DNA of 64,000 nt from an uncultured Acidobacteriaceae bacterium (GCA_964514735.1 CAZETZ010000006.1:5467-69466), one strand, 5' to 3'. Shown: positions 52,875 to 63,594, counted from the stretch's first letter. Program-made: numbers and translations. Notes: generated by a model not told the origin, from the letters alone.

Positions 52875-53971
52875 TTCCAGAGCCCAACCCTGCGAAATCG
52901 ATCCGCGTGCTGGTCGCCGATGACAGTGCTTTCATGCGCACCGCCCTCACTCGAATGATCGAGTCCGATCCCAACCTGCGCGTCGGCGCCACCGCGCAAA
53001 CCGGGCAGGAAGCTCTGGATAAAGCCAGGGCGCTCAAGCCGGATGTGATCACGCTCGACGTCGAAATGCCGGGGATGAACGGACTGGAAACCCTAGAGCA
53101 CATCATGAAAGAGTGTCCGACGCCGGTAATCATGGTGAGTTCACTCACGCAAGAGGGAGCGGAGGTCACTCTCGAGGCACTGAACATCGGCGCGTTCGAC
53201 TACGTACCGAAACAGAATTCGTTCGTCTCGCTTGATATTGTCAAAATCCGCGAAGACCTGGTGAGCAAGATCAAGGCCGCCGCCGAAAGCAGGAAAAAAC
53301 GGCCCCTTCCTCGGAGCTTGAAGGAATCGGCCCCGCAGCGCAAAGTGCTACTGGCGAATCCTAAGAGCGCTGCGACGATCGTGGCCCTGGGCACCTCTAC
53401 TGGAGGGCCGAAGGCGTTGCAGGAGATGTTGCCCTTGCTCCCGGAGGACCTGAACGTTCCGGTTCTGATTGTGCAGCACATGCCCCAGGGATTCACCGGA
53501 CCGTTTGCCAAGCGGCTGGACGGCATCTGCAAGATAGCCGTGCGCGAAGCCATTCAGGAGGAGGAGATCCAGCCTGGCGTGGTATACATCGCGCCCGCCG
53601 GCCAGCACATGACGGTATACCGCAGGGGTACGTCAAAGGCTGCATTGCGCCTGGGACAAACTCCTGCCGGCTTGTTGCACACGCCCTCGGTAGACGTCAT
53701 GATGAATTCAGTCGCGGAAGTTTTTCGGGCCTCGACTTTGGGTGTCATCATGACTGGCATGGGCGCCGACGGGGCCAAGGGAATGGAGACGATCAAGCGC
53801 GAGGGCGGATTCAACCTGGGTCAGGATGAGGCAAGCTGTGCGGTATATGGCATGCCCCGCTCGGCGGCTGAAGCGGGAGTGCTGCACCGCGTCGTTCCGC
53901 TCTTGAAAATTCCGGAACAGATCCTGCAGATTGCGCACTACAAGGGAGCGGCAAGGGCTTCCAATGCGTAG
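52871..53971 (+). CDS. cheB: chemotaxis methylesterase/deamidase CheB (REC + esterase)
   Basis: REC motifs are IRVLVADDSAFMR and VITLDVEMPGMNG. The esterase region reads IVALGTSTGGPKAL, VQHMPQGFTGPFAKRLD, MTGMGADGAKG and QDEASCAVYGMP. Confidence 0.93.
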   Translation: MIPEPNPAKSIRVLVADDSAFMRTALTRMIESDPNLRVGATAQTGQEALDKARALKPDVITLDVEMPGMNGLETLEHIMKECPTPVIMVSSLTQEGAEVTLEALNIGAFDYVPKQNSFVSLDIVKIREDLVSKIKAAAESRKKRPLPRSLKESAPQRKVLLANPKSAATIVALGTSTGGPKALQEMLPLLPEDLNVPVLIVQHMPQGFTGPFAKRLDGICKIAVREAIQEEEIQPGVVYIAPAGQHMTVYRRGTSKAALRLGQTPAGLLHTPSVDVMMNSVAEVFRASTLGVIMTGMGADGAKGMETIKREGGFNLGQDEASCAVYGMPRSAAEAGVLHRVVPLLKIPEQILQIAHYKGAARASNA

Positions 53972-53978
53972 CGAGTTT

Positions 53979-54001
53979 TGCCGGGATGTATTTACCCGGC
54001 A
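53979..54001. terminator. 7-bp hairpin between convergent cheB and the receiver gene (weak bidirectional terminator candidate)
   Basis: tgccggg, a 9-nt loop, then cccggca. The 3' arm overlaps the last codons of the minus-strand gene. There is no good U-tract. Confidence 0.3.
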
Positions 54002-54474
54002 ATGACGACGTCCCGGATTTTTCGCATCAGCGAGTCGACAGAGAAGGGCTTTGGCAAATAGGCGGCCTTGCCCATATTTTCGTTTCTGGCCGTCTGGCTT
54101 TGCGGATAACCGGAAATAAAGATGGTTTTTAGGGTCGGATCGTCCTGCCTCAGCTCCCGGACCATGTCACAGCCGTTTCTTCCCGGCAACACCACATCGA
54201 CTACCAAGAGCTCCACCTCACCGGGGTGTTGACGAAATTGGCGGATCGCCTCCACTGCGCTGCGGGCCTTTAGAACCTGATATCCGGCCGCTTCGAGAAT
54301 TTCCGCAGTGACCTCGCGCACAAAACTCTCGTCTTCGACCAGAAGAATGCTTCCCTGCAACGGAGGCATATCTGCCCCAAAGGGCGGAGTAGGTGCGTCC
54401 GTTGGTGTTGCGGGGATGGTTGCGTTATTCACAGTACACCTCGACCGAAAGATGGAGTGCAGCTCCGCGTCCAA
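53992..54474 (-). CDS. stand-alone response-regulator receiver protein
   Basis: Motifs are ILLVEDESFVRE, LLVVDVVLPGRNG, IFISGY and YLPKPF. A Pro/Thr-rich N-terminal extension of about 40 aa precedes them. Confidence 0.85.
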   Translation of the reverse strand: MDAELHSIFRSRCTVNNATIPATPTDAPTPPFGADMPPLQGSILLVEDESFVREVTAEILEAAGYQVLKARSAVEAIRQFRQHPGEVELLVVDVVLPGRNGCDMVRELRQDDPTLKTIFISGYPQSQTARNENMGKAAYLPKPFSVDSLMRKIRDVVIAG

Positions 54475-54626
54475 TCGTGAAGCCCCTGACCATCAAAGGT
54501 CTGTGGCCGCAAAAGCTAGCCTCTAATTAAGGATGCGTTCCTATATTCGGGACGCTACGCATGCAGTGAACCATTTGCATGGCCGTTTTGGGAGTGAGCC
54601 CGGCGTTTTGTTCGGAATTGGTAGAA

Positions 54627-57134
54627 CTATTTTTCCCGCGTTAAGAGGGTGTGATGGGGATCGAGTACGACCTTTCGTGTGCCCGCAGGCGCCGTCAATC
54701 GAAAGCGGGTTTCTTCGTCGTCGGCGAAAACCTGCCCGATCAGTACATCCTTGCCTGCGACCACCGCGTAGATGGGGACCAGTGTGACCAGGTTATCGGG
54801 GATTTCCTTTTGCTTGATTTTGCCGCTAACGATCACACTGGCGCCGGTTTTGCCTTCCACCTTGACCTCATCCAGCTCAATCTGCGGGATCGCGGTTCCG
54901 TTCAGCCAGTTGTCATAAAACCAGTTGAGCGATTTGCTTCCTTCATACCAGAGTGGCTTGGCTAAGTCCTCTTCAAATGCATGCATCAGTAGGCGTGTGC
55001 TGAGCATGCGGCCCTCATATTGGTTTCTGACGCGGCGAAGGGTCCGGAGGAAAGGGTCGCTCGCCCCGGCGCTATGAGAGAATTTGCCGGTGAGGCGTTC
55101 CGCATCGAGCAACATATTGTGGAGCATGTAAAGCAGCCAGACCCCGCGCTCGTAACTGATCACTTCGTAGCCGTTGGGAAAATGAGAGGACGATAAGCGG
55201 TTGCCCAACGTTACCGGGCCTGCGCTCATCAGCGGTTCGCCGTCCTTGTTTTTTTGCAGCAGGTTGGAACGGTAATCTTCCAGGACAGCGTGAAACCGCG
55301 CCGGATCTTGCGTTTTCAACAGCATCAACGAGCTGTAGTCCGCCAAGGCTTCAATCAGCCACTGATCGCGATATCCATCCCAACTGACCAGGTCGCCCCA
55401 CCACTGGTGTGCGGTTTCATGCGCGATCACCGCATTGGTCATGGTCCGCGTGACCTTCTCCATGTTGAGCCGCGACTTTTCTCCTTCATTGAGGAAAGAA
55501 AAACTGGACAGGAATATCAGGCCCGGCCACCCTTGGCTGACGGACCCGGGCTTTTGCGTCATGGAAAGCGCATCGTAAGGGTAAGGTCCATAGGCGCGGG
55601 AGAAGAAATCAATCGCCTGGGCCGCTTCATCGGCCACGGCTTGAGCATTGCGCGCGGGCGAAGGAGGCGGTAAGGGGGCGATTTCAATCACCCTGGATTC
55701 CGGGCTTACACCCGTGAGCGCAGGAACCGTGGTTACGGTTTGCGCTTTCGCTTCAGGAAACGCCTTTTCCACTTGCCTGGAGGCATAGGTCTCGACCAAA
55801 ACGCTTCCAGCATGCGCGACCGCGCGTTCATATTTGCCCAGATTGAATCCCGCCATGGGAATTGGGCGCTCCGTGGTCCAGTGAGTGATTTGTTCCTCTT
55901 CCGCGCGATTGGGGACCCTTTCCGCGGCGCGCTTTCCGGTCGCGATCAGCGTCCATCCTGGCGGAGCGTGAAACTCCAGATCAAAATTGGACATTGCCGG
56001 GCGTTGGTTGGGATACCACGTGCCGCGCGCGCCGACGTACAAAAGCCCTCCACCTGCATCGGATAGCACGTCGCCCCCGTAGACGAAATGCAGGAGCGCA
56101 TGCTTTCCCGAGCGCAAAGGGCCTGGCAGTACCACGGCAATTTGATCGTTCCCCAGGCGGGACAGCTCGGTTCCATCGAGTGCCTGGTTGTGGATAAATT
56201 CGACCGGGCGTCCATCCACGTCCACTTCTTTAACCTGCAAGTAACGGGAGAGTTCAAACAACAAGGCGCGCGGGCAGTCCTGGTGAGCGTTCAACTGGAG
56301 CCACGCTTCCGCATTCAGTTGCGTGGGCGGGTTGATGGTTGCGCGGATCTTGTAAAGCGGGACGTCGAAATCGTCCGTTTCGGGATTCTGGCGTTCCGGC
56401 GATGCAAATGAGGTCCAAATGTCAAAAAAGGTGGCGCTCTCCATGCTTTTGTTCTGGCCGGCAAGAATTTGTTCGTCGGCGTGCGAGTTGTAGTAGAGGT
56501 CGAATGTCCCCAGTTTTCTGCCCTGGAGGCGCGCGTGCCAAAGCACGTTGGCTTCAGTTCTCGCATCCGGAAGAGGTTTTTCTTCCGTGGGGAGAAATCT
56601 GCTGAGGTCCATAAACAGTTGGAGTGCGTCCATTGGCGACAGATTGCGGGCCGTTTCGTCCCATTGCTGGACGAATTCAGCGGCCCCTCCGCTAGGCTGA
56701 AGGCTGGGCTTTAGCGCCGCGAAAGTATTGTCATCGAAACGAAAATAGGCGGTGGAAAATCTTTCTTCCAGAATGGCAGCGCCTGTAAACAATGCCATGG
56801 AGGCCCGCTCCGCGCGATCGGGCGGCGTCAGCAGGACCTCCGCGTCCCCCTCAAAAAAGGCCCCAGTGACGTGTCCGCTGACATCTTGGGTGAACGCGAT
56901 TGTGCCATCGTCCAAAGTGATGTGGATGGCTGCGCGATCGATGGCGGTCTCGCGTACATGGTAGACGCGGGATGGATCCAGTCCCACGCTGCGCAACTGT
57001 AGGTAGAGAGTTTCAGCCGGCCTTTGCGCAGGGCTAGACTGCTGGGACCGGGCGCTGGGGATGAAAATGAGGTTGATTGCCAAATAGAGGCTGACCGGGA
57101 GCGCAATCCTGGCATGTTTGATTACCTTTGTCAC
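54627..57134 (-). CDS. secreted M1-family (gluzincin) aminopeptidase-like metalloprotease
   Basis: It has a signal peptide. The HEXXH-X18-E motif reads VIAHETAHQWWGDLVSWDGYRDQWLIEALADY. Confidence 0.85.
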   Translation of the reverse strand: MTKVIKHARIALPVSLYLAINLIFIPSARSQQSSPAQRPAETLYLQLRSVGLDPSRVYHVRETAIDRAAIHITLDDGTIAFTQDVSGHVTGAFFEGDAEVLLTPPDRAERASMALFTGAAILEERFSTAYFRFDDNTFAALKPSLQPSGGAAEFVQQWDETARNLSPMDALQLFMDLSRFLPTEEKPLPDARTEANVLWHARLQGRKLGTFDLYYNSHADEQILAGQNKSMESATFFDIWTSFASPERQNPETDDFDVPLYKIRATINPPTQLNAEAWLQLNAHQDCPRALLFELSRYLQVKEVDVDGRPVEFIHNQALDGTELSRLGNDQIAVVLPGPLRSGKHALLHFVYGGDVLSDAGGGLLYVGARGTWYPNQRPAMSNFDLEFHAPPGWTLIATGKRAAERVPNRAEEEQITHWTTERPIPMAGFNLGKYERAVAHAGSVLVETYASRQVEKAFPEAKAQTVTTVPALTGVSPESRVIEIAPLPPPSPARNAQAVADEAAQAIDFFSRAYGPYPYDALSMTQKPGSVSQGWPGLIFLSSFSFLNEGEKSRLNMEKVTRTMTNAVIAHETAHQWWGDLVSWDGYRDQWLIEALADYSSLMLLKTQDPARFHAVLEDYRSNLLQKNKDGEPLMSAGPVTLGNRLSSSHFPNGYEVISYERGVWLLYMLHNMLLDAERLTGKFSHSAGASDPFLRTLRRVRNQYEGRMLSTRLLMHAFEEDLAKPLWYEGSKSLNWFYDNWLNGTAIPQIELDEVKVEGKTGASVIVSGKIKQKEIPDNLVTLVPIYAVVAGKDVLIGQVFADDEETRFRLTAPAGTRKVVLDPHHTLLTREK

Positions 57135-57173
57135 CTACATAGGCTCGCTGTTCCGTTGCTAGAATGCGCCATA

Positions 57174-58598
57174 ATGCGCACGCTTGTCACGCCCTTCCTC
57201 TTCATGCTGTGGATGCTGTCCGGAGTCCGTGCTTCGGCCGAGGTCATTCATCTTAAGAATGGCCGCAGCATCTGGGCGGACCACGTGCGGGAGGTGGGCA
57301 CGCGCGTGGAGTATGACCTCGGCGACGCTTCCTACGCCATTCCCAAATCTTCGGTTGAACGGATTGAAGTTGGCGGGCTTCCGCCCGGATACGCCACGGG
57401 AGGCGCTGCCTCCAACCACGATGTTCCCGCCTTTTCTCCGCCGGGCACGGTAAGGAATGAAGCGGAAATTGCGGGCAAGGTCATTCGAGATGGACAGGTG
57501 GACGGTGACGCGCTAGCGTCCCTGGAACAGCAAGGCGACCCCAAGAATTCCGCCGCCGGATATTTTCTTGCCGGAAAATTTGAATTTGACCGCGGCAACT
57601 TTGCCAAGGCCCGCGGTTACTTCGATACCGCGCTTCGTTTCGACGCGCAAAATCCTACCATTTTGAACTTTTATGCGGCCTTGCTGGTCCGCACCGGAAA
57701 TGCCGCGGAGGCCCTGCCTTACGCGCAGCGAGCGATCGAAGCCGCCCCTGAGTCGGCCGATACCCTTGCGGTTTTAGGATACGCGCAATTTGCCGCAGAC
57801 CGCTCCAAGGATGCGATCCAGAGCTGGAAACGTTCCTTGCAGATTCGGCCCGATGCGAACATACAAGCCTTGCTGGAAAAAGCGCAGCGCGAAGCTCAAG
57901 CCGAAGCCGACTTCTCGGAAAAAGAAAGCAGTCACTTCACCCTGCGGTACGAAGGCGGCCAAACCTCGGAATCATTCCGGCGTCAGTTGCTGGCTGCCCT
58001 GGAAGGGGACTACGAGGACTTGGCGCGCGAGTTAGGCAACACGCCGCGGGGCAGTATCCCAGTCGTTCTCTATACCGGACAAACCTTCTTTGATGTGACC
58101 CAGGCGCCGTCGTGGAGCGGGGCCATCAACGATGGGAAACTGCGGATTCCGGTGGAGGGCTTGAGTGCAATGACCTCCGAGTTGGCCCGGGTACTGAAAC
58201 ACGAGTTGGCCCATTCGTTTATAAATCAACTTTCGGCAGGCCGTTGTCCGCAATGGTTGCATGAGGGAATCGCGCAGGCGTTGGAACCCAAGACGTTGTC
58301 TTCGAACGGCAGGCGCCTGGCCCAGCTTTACGCGGCGCAGAAGGAAATTCCTTTCAATATGCTGGAAAGCAGCTTCATGCAGTTTTCGCCGGCGGAAGCG
58401 GTCCTGGCATACGATGAATCTTTAGCCGCGGTGCAATACATTGACGACACCTACGGCAGGGCTGATCTCAGGCGGATTTTGCAGCGTTTGGCTGAGGGCA
58501 GTTCCACCGAAGCCGCGCTTCGGTCCACCATCCATTCCGACTACGGTCAGTTGGAAACTGAGCTGGGCAAGTATCTAGCCGATAAGTACGGGAATTAG
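57174..58598 (+). CDS. secreted TPR-repeat protein with a C-terminal HExxH (MA-clan peptidase-like) domain
   Basis: Start at ATG 57174 with a signal peptide. TPR repeats are present (AKARGYFDTALRFDAQNP...). The HExxH region reads LKHELAHSFINQL...WLHEGIAQALE. Confidence 0.7.
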   Translation: MRTLVTPFLFMLWMLSGVRASAEVIHLKNGRSIWADHVREVGTRVEYDLGDASYAIPKSSVERIEVGGLPPGYATGGAASNHDVPAFSPPGTVRNEAEIAGKVIRDGQVDGDALASLEQQGDPKNSAAGYFLAGKFEFDRGNFAKARGYFDTALRFDAQNPTILNFYAALLVRTGNAAEALPYAQRAIEAAPESADTLAVLGYAQFAADRSKDAIQSWKRSLQIRPDANIQALLEKAQREAQAEADFSEKESSHFTLRYEGGQTSESFRRQLLAALEGDYEDLARELGNTPRGSIPVVLYTGQTFFDVTQAPSWSGAINDGKLRIPVEGLSAMTSELARVLKHELAHSFINQLSAGRCPQWLHEGIAQALEPKTLSSNGRRLAQLYAAQKEIPFNMLESSFMQFSPAEAVLAYDESLAAVQYIDDTYGRADLRRILQRLAEGSSTEAALRSTIHSDYGQLETELGKYLADKYGN

Positions 58599-58676
58599 CC
58601 CTTACAACCAACTCCCCCAACACTTGGTTTAAGCACGGATTTCGTGCTACCTTTCTGCCAATCACCGTAAATTTTC

Positions 58677-59429
58677 ATGCATTCTCTTTTCCATCACGAG
58701 GGAAGCGGTATCGATCCTCCTGAGCCGGTGAATGCCAAAGTACCCGAGCTTCATGGCGCGGAGCTGGCGGCGATGTATTACGGCGAACGGAGAGGGGGCG
58801 ACTTTTATGACTTTCTGCGTGTCACCCCCAACCGCGTGGTCTTTGGATTGCTTGATGTTGCTGGACGTTCCGAGCAAAACCGGGCGGTGGTGGCGGCCGC
58901 TCAAAAAACATTTCGCGAAAAGTCGGTCGAATTGTTGAGCGAAGAGTCGGTCAATGAAGCTGACGCCTTGACGGAGTTGTGCTTGCGGCTCAACCAAACC
59001 ATCCTGGAAGTGGAGGGCGGAGTGCGGTCCTGCCCTGCATTTGCAGGCTGTTACAACGAGGGCCTGGGAATTTTGTGTTACTTCAATGCGGGGCATACCC
59101 CGGCGCTGGTCCGCGATGGCGCCGGCATTTCTGAATTACCCGCAACCGGCTTGCCGTTGGGCTTATTTTCCCATGCCACCTGCGATGCACCCATGGCTGC
59201 CATTTCTCCTACTGGGGCATTGCTGTTGGTGTCACGCGGGGTCGTGGAAGGAAAGCGCAAAGGGGAAGAATTTGGGCTGGAGCGCGCAAAAGAGTCGCTT
59301 CAGCGGCCGGCCACATCGGCCAAGGATTTGTGCCGCTCCGTGATCGAAGATGTGCGGCAGTTTATGGGGACGCCGCCGACTCACAATGATGTAACCGCTT
59401 TGGCGTTGGCCCGCAGTCCATCGGGTTAA
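58677..59429 (+). CDS. PP2C/SpoIIE-type serine phosphatase domain protein (no sensor domain)
   Basis: Motifs are GGDFYDF, GLLDVAG, FNAGHTPALV, GLPLGLF and the C-terminal NDVTALAL. Confidence 0.8.
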   Translation: MHSLFHHEGSGIDPPEPVNAKVPELHGAELAAMYYGERRGGDFYDFLRVTPNRVVFGLLDVAGRSEQNRAVVAAAQKTFREKSVELLSEESVNEADALTELCLRLNQTILEVEGGVRSCPAFAGCYNEGLGILCYFNAGHTPALVRDGAGISELPATGLPLGLFSHATCDAPMAAISPTGALLLVSRGVVEGKRKGEEFGLERAKESLQRPATSAKDLCRSVIEDVRQFMGTPPTHNDVTALALARSPSG

Positions 59430-59457
59430 CCCCACAACCCCGAGCGGTATAGCCGCT

Positions 59458-61221
59458 CTATCTCTTTTTCCGTTTTGATTGGGCGGCCGGCCTGGGATCG
59501 TTCTTCGCCGCCGGGGCCAACTCCTCCGCTGTTAGAAAGTCGGGCGCAATGTCTGTGGGAATCCTCTGCAACTTATCGAGCGCGCGACGCAAGATAGGGC
59601 GCACGACCCCAAGCTCATCCAACATCTTCTTGGCCCCGCTATAGTCGCCGAGGGCTTCGACCGTCAGCAGCTCGTGATCGAGGTCGGTCACTGCCTGAAC
59701 AATTTTATCCATATTGATGCTGAAGCTATCGCCCTTGTCTTCGACGATAGCCCCCTTGTCCATCAGGTAGTTGAACTGGATTGCCATACCTTTGCCATGG
59801 GCCTCATTCAACCCGAAACGAAGACTGCGGAATGCGGACGCCAGATACGTGTTGTAGAGCTGGCGGCGCGCGGCATCGTCGGAAGGCAGGACCTTGGTCA
59901 GGGCCATTGCTTTGGCGTTCTCCATCATGTAATGCAGCGCGAACAGCCCGGTCACGTCGGCTTTCGCTTCCTCGATGGCGCTGTAAACATCTTTCAGCTC
60001 TTCCCGTGGAGTGGTTTCGCGGCCCTGTACGGTGATCTGGTGCGGGCCCAGGCCGTGCATCAATTCGTGGGCGAGGATATGGGTGAAAAAAAGTTCGAAG
60101 CTGACGTCCACCATTGCCTGCTTGGTCAGGGTACTGCGGGCGATCGGCAACAAGACGCTGCGAAATTTCGCTTCCTGCACATTTTTCAGCATCACCCGCT
60201 TGCTGCCCTTCTGCTGCACCACTCGGTCATCGTTGGGCAGATTATATGCGGCGGTCTGCACCCCATGCGCGCCGTCGCCCGAACTCATGATCTGGTCCAC
60301 CACGCGTATCGGGGCGCCGGCCCCCAGCTTGGGGTTACGGTATTGCGGATCAAGCGGAAGATTGTTTTCGATCTCTTGCAAATGTTGGGTGAATGCGGCC
60401 AACTTTGTGCTCTCTTCTTCGTCGCGCAAATTGATGTAGGCCTCGAATGCCGCCTTGTAACCGAATAATTCGTCGTTGTAGGTCTCGTAGGGGCCGATGG
60501 TAATGTCGAGCGGCGCATCCAGGTCCATCCAGGCCATGTCGCTCTGGTAGTAGTCGTTGGACAAAAAGGCGTCGGCTCGCGCGGAGAGGAACCTCTTGAG
60601 CGACTCGTTGTCCGTCAGCTCCGCCGCTTCACGCAGTAATCCTGCGACTTGGGTGAGGTCTTCTTTATATGCCTCGCTGTAAGGAACAATTTCGAGCTCC
60701 TTGTCTTTTCGCAGAATCACCGTGAAGAAACTCTTGGCCTGTTCCTGATCTTTCTCCGGCAGCACGGCCACCCAGCGCTCAAATTCGTCTTTACTCATAT
60801 CTTCCGGATAGAAATTGGCACCCAATGGCTTTCGCGGCGGAACTCCGGGTAAAAAAGCTTCGTATTCATCGAGCGCCGACCAGGGTCCTTTATTGATCCA
60901 GAAGTAACTGAGCCGGGCTTTGCCGAGGGTAGTTTTGTCCTTTTGCAGCTTGGCGTACTGAGCCCGATTTCCACTCCAGAACTGTTGCAGAAAGATGTCG
61001 TCGAGGGTCCGCGCCGCTTGAATCAGCTTGACCAGCGCCTGTTGGTCGCCGGATGAGAGCTTGGAAGTGTCGACGCGCAGTGGGGTGGGGGCGAACCGGG
61101 CGGCCATTTTTTCCAGCTCCGCTCGGCCAGGCAACGGCTTACTCTTGACTTTTGCGGCTTTGGCCGGCATATACAGGGACCCGAGTAGCAGCAGAATGAA
61201 GCAACCGGTGGAAATCCTCAT
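59458..61221 (-). CDS. secreted zinc metallopeptidase, dipeptidyl-peptidase III (M49)-like
   Basis: It has a signal peptide. The motifs HILAHELMHGLGPH and the downstream SAIEEAKADVTGLF resemble the two DPP III zinc motifs. The family call is tentative. Confidence 0.5.
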   Translation of the reverse strand: MRISTGCFILLLLGSLYMPAKAAKVKSKPLPGRAELEKMAARFAPTPLRVDTSKLSSGDQQALVKLIQAARTLDDIFLQQFWSGNRAQYAKLQKDKTTLGKARLSYFWINKGPWSALDEYEAFLPGVPPRKPLGANFYPEDMSKDEFERWVAVLPEKDQEQAKSFFTVILRKDKELEIVPYSEAYKEDLTQVAGLLREAAELTDNESLKRFLSARADAFLSNDYYQSDMAWMDLDAPLDITIGPYETYNDELFGYKAAFEAYINLRDEEESTKLAAFTQHLQEIENNLPLDPQYRNPKLGAGAPIRVVDQIMSSGDGAHGVQTAAYNLPNDDRVVQQKGSKRVMLKNVQEAKFRSVLLPIARSTLTKQAMVDVSFELFFTHILAHELMHGLGPHQITVQGRETTPREELKDVYSAIEEAKADVTGLFALHYMMENAKAMALTKVLPSDDAARRQLYNTYLASAFRSLRFGLNEAHGKGMAIQFNYLMDKGAIVEDKGDSFSINMDKIVQAVTDLDHELLTVEALGDYSGAKKMLDELGVVRPILRRALDKLQRIPTDIAPDFLTAEELAPAAKNDPRPAAQSKRKKR

Positions 61222-61365
61222 TCATCCTTCTCCTGGAGGCTGGGAGTGGAGCCGTCCATAATATCAGGGCGGCTTGCTGGATACGGCTGCTCTCCGGGGT
61301 TACAATCTCCTAAGGAGATTGATGCTGCGGAGGCGCCGATTTGGGCCCCGCCTTTCGTGGTGATT

Positions 61366-62433
61366 ATGCGAAAACTTCCCTTTGTGCTGGCCCTTGTTCT
61401 GTTGGCTCCTGCGGTCCGCCTCCGCGCCAATACCGTGGTTGAGGAAATTGTGGCGCGGGTCAACAATCAGATTATTACCCGCAGTGAATACGACCGCAGT
61501 AAGGAGCAGACCCGGGAGGAGGCGCAGCAACAAGACCCCGCGCGTGCCGACAAGGTCTACGCCGAGCACGAAAAGGATGTGTTGCGCGGTTTGATCGATC
61601 AGCAATTATTGCTGGAAAGAGGCAAGGACCTGGAGATCAACCCGGACACCGAGGTGATCAAGCGCTTGGATGAGATGCGCAAACAATTGAACCTCGGCAG
61701 CATGGATGATCTGGAAGAAGAGGCGCGGAAGCAAGGCATCTCCTTTGAAGAGTACAAGCAGAGCCTGAAGAACCAAATCATCACCCAGCAGGTCATTGGC
61801 CGCGAGGTTGGCTCGCGCATGAATCTGACCAAAGAAGACGAGCTGAAGTTTTACGAGGCACACAAGAGCGAGTTGGCCCGCCCGGAGGAGATCCGGCTCA
61901 GCGAAATCCTGGTAGCGACCAAGAGCGAGGACCCCCAGGCAATCGGCGCGGCCCAGGCCGTCGCCGAAGGGTTGCTGGCCGAAATCCGCAAGGGTACAAG
62001 TTTCGAGGATGCTGCCAAGAAGAGTTCCGAAGGACCAACCGCGAAACGCGGGGGCGATCTGGGATATTTCGCGCGGGGCAAGCTGGCAAAACAGTTGGAA
62101 GATACGACCTTTGCCATGAAGCCGGGCGATGTATCGGAGCCCATCCACACCAAGCAAGGTTTTGTATTGTTGAAGGTCACCGAACACCATCCGGCCGGGG
62201 TCCCGTCTTTCGCCGAAATCGAGCAAAAGATTCTAGACGCTCTCTACTCGGAACGCATCGAGCCGGCTTTGCGGGCTTATTTGACCCACCTGCGGGAAGA
62301 CGCCTTTATCGATGTCAAGGCAGGTTATATTGATACGGGAGCAAGCCCCAATCAGTCCAAGCCGATAGAAACGGCGAGCAAGGAAGCGGGCGCGAAGAAC
62401 CTGAAAAAGAAGAAGAAATTTTTGTTGTTCTAG
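61366..62433 (+). CDS. SurA-like periplasmic chaperone / parvulin-type peptidyl-prolyl isomerase
   Basis: ATG 61366 with a signal peptide. The SurA-N-like region reads IVARVNNQIITRSEYD. The PpiC domain reads IRLSEILV...GGDLGYFARGKL...VSEPIHTKQGFVLLKV. Confidence 0.85.
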   Translation: MRKLPFVLALVLLAPAVRLRANTVVEEIVARVNNQIITRSEYDRSKEQTREEAQQQDPARADKVYAEHEKDVLRGLIDQQLLLERGKDLEINPDTEVIKRLDEMRKQLNLGSMDDLEEEARKQGISFEEYKQSLKNQIITQQVIGREVGSRMNLTKEDELKFYEAHKSELARPEEIRLSEILVATKSEDPQAIGAAQAVAEGLLAEIRKGTSFEDAAKKSSEGPTAKRGGDLGYFARGKLAKQLEDTTFAMKPGDVSEPIHTKQGFVLLKVTEHHPAGVPSFAEIEQKILDALYSERIEPALRAYLTHLREDAFIDVKAGYIDTGASPNQSKPIETASKEAGAKNLKKKKKFLLF

Positions 62434-62459
62434 CCGGACGAATCTGGCGCGCTGCGAAT

Positions 62460-63536
62460 ATGAAAGAATTTTTTCTCTCCGATTGCGCTGGGCACGAGAA
62501 CCAGATTATTACCTCCACATTTGTTGTCGTCTCCAAGCAGGTAAAACCCAAAAAGTCCGGGGACCCCTACCTCGCGCTTACCCTCGGCGACCGTGCCGGT
62601 CACATCGAAGCCAAAATGTGGGACAACGTGGAAGAAGCCATCGGAACGTTTGAGCAGGAAGACTTCATCAAGGTCAAGGGCCTGGTCAACAAGTACAACC
62701 AGCGTTTCCAAATCACGATCCACAAAATACGCAAATTGCAGGATGCGGAAGTGGACTTTGGCGATTATCTTCCCAAGACCACGAAAGATATCGGGGAACT
62801 CTGGCAGACCCTTGCCGGCTTTGCTGCCAGCTTCCGCGACCCGCATTTGAAGGCCCTGGTGGAATCTTTCATGGCGGACCCGGACATCGCCGAGGCCTAC
62901 CGGACTGCCCCGGCGGCAAAGAGCTTGCATCACGCTTACATCGGCGGCCTTCTCGACCACGTGGTTTCTTTGTTCCGCTCTTGTGATCTGATGTGCCGCA
63001 ATTATCCTTCGATCAATCGCGATCTTCTGCTGACGGGCGCCTTTTTCCATGACATCGGCAAAATTCATGAGCTGGCGTATAACCGGGCTTTTACCTACAC
63101 CACACGCGGGCAGTTGCTGGGACACATGATTATCGAGTTGGAAATGTTGCAGGCCAAGATTGCGCAAATCCCTGGCTTCCCGGACCCGCTGAAAACGTTG
63201 CTGGAGCACCTGATCATCAGTCATCACGGACAATATGAATTTGGATCGCCGAAGCTCCCTATGTTTCCTGAAGCGCTCATGCTGCACTATCTCGACGACC
63301 TGGATTCGAAGATGGAGAGCATGCGGGTACATTTTGAGCGGGAAATCGGGTCCGAAGCGGCGTGGGCCGGGTACAACCCTTCGTTGGGCAGGCCGTTGCT
63401 GAATACCGAAAAATTTCTGGCAGGCAAGCCGGCGCTGGAGAAGCAGCCAGAAACGGCAGGTACCACGGAGCCGGAAGCATCGAAAGAGAAACCTGAGTCC
63501 AACCCGGTAACCGCTGATAATCTATTTGAATCTTGA
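62460..63536 (+). CDS. OB-fold + HD-domain nuclease (YhaM-like 3'-5' exoribonuclease family)
   Basis: It has an N-terminal OB fold (KSGDPYLALTLGDRAGHIEAKMWD). The HD motifs are HHAYIGGLLDHV, FFHDIGK and ISHHGQYEFGSPKLPMFPEALMLHYLDDLDSKM. Confidence 0.8.
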   Translation: MKEFFLSDCAGHENQIITSTFVVVSKQVKPKKSGDPYLALTLGDRAGHIEAKMWDNVEEAIGTFEQEDFIKVKGLVNKYNQRFQITIHKIRKLQDAEVDFGDYLPKTTKDIGELWQTLAGFAASFRDPHLKALVESFMADPDIAEAYRTAPAAKSLHHAYIGGLLDHVVSLFRSCDLMCRNYPSINRDLLLTGAFFHDIGKIHELAYNRAFTYTTRGQLLGHMIIELEMLQAKIAQIPGFPDPLKTLLEHLIISHHGQYEFGSPKLPMFPEALMLHYLDDLDSKMESMRVHFEREIGSEAAWAGYNPSLGRPLLNTEKFLAGKPALEKQPETAGTTEPEASKEKPESNPVTADNLFES

Positions 63537-63594
63537 TGCGTGCGCGCCTAATTCGCTTTTTTTCGAATCGTTCTGGCCAACGGAGAAAACCATT

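Noticed and set aside
57024-57173. Upstream extension of the TPR/HExxH protein ORF.
   Set aside because: It overlaps the divergent M1 peptidase start region. ATG 57174 gives a proper signal peptide.
61246-61365. Upstream extension of the SurA-like PPIase ORF.
   Set aside because: ATG 61366 yields a canonical signal peptide (MRKLPFVLALVLLAPAV). The extension has no such feature.
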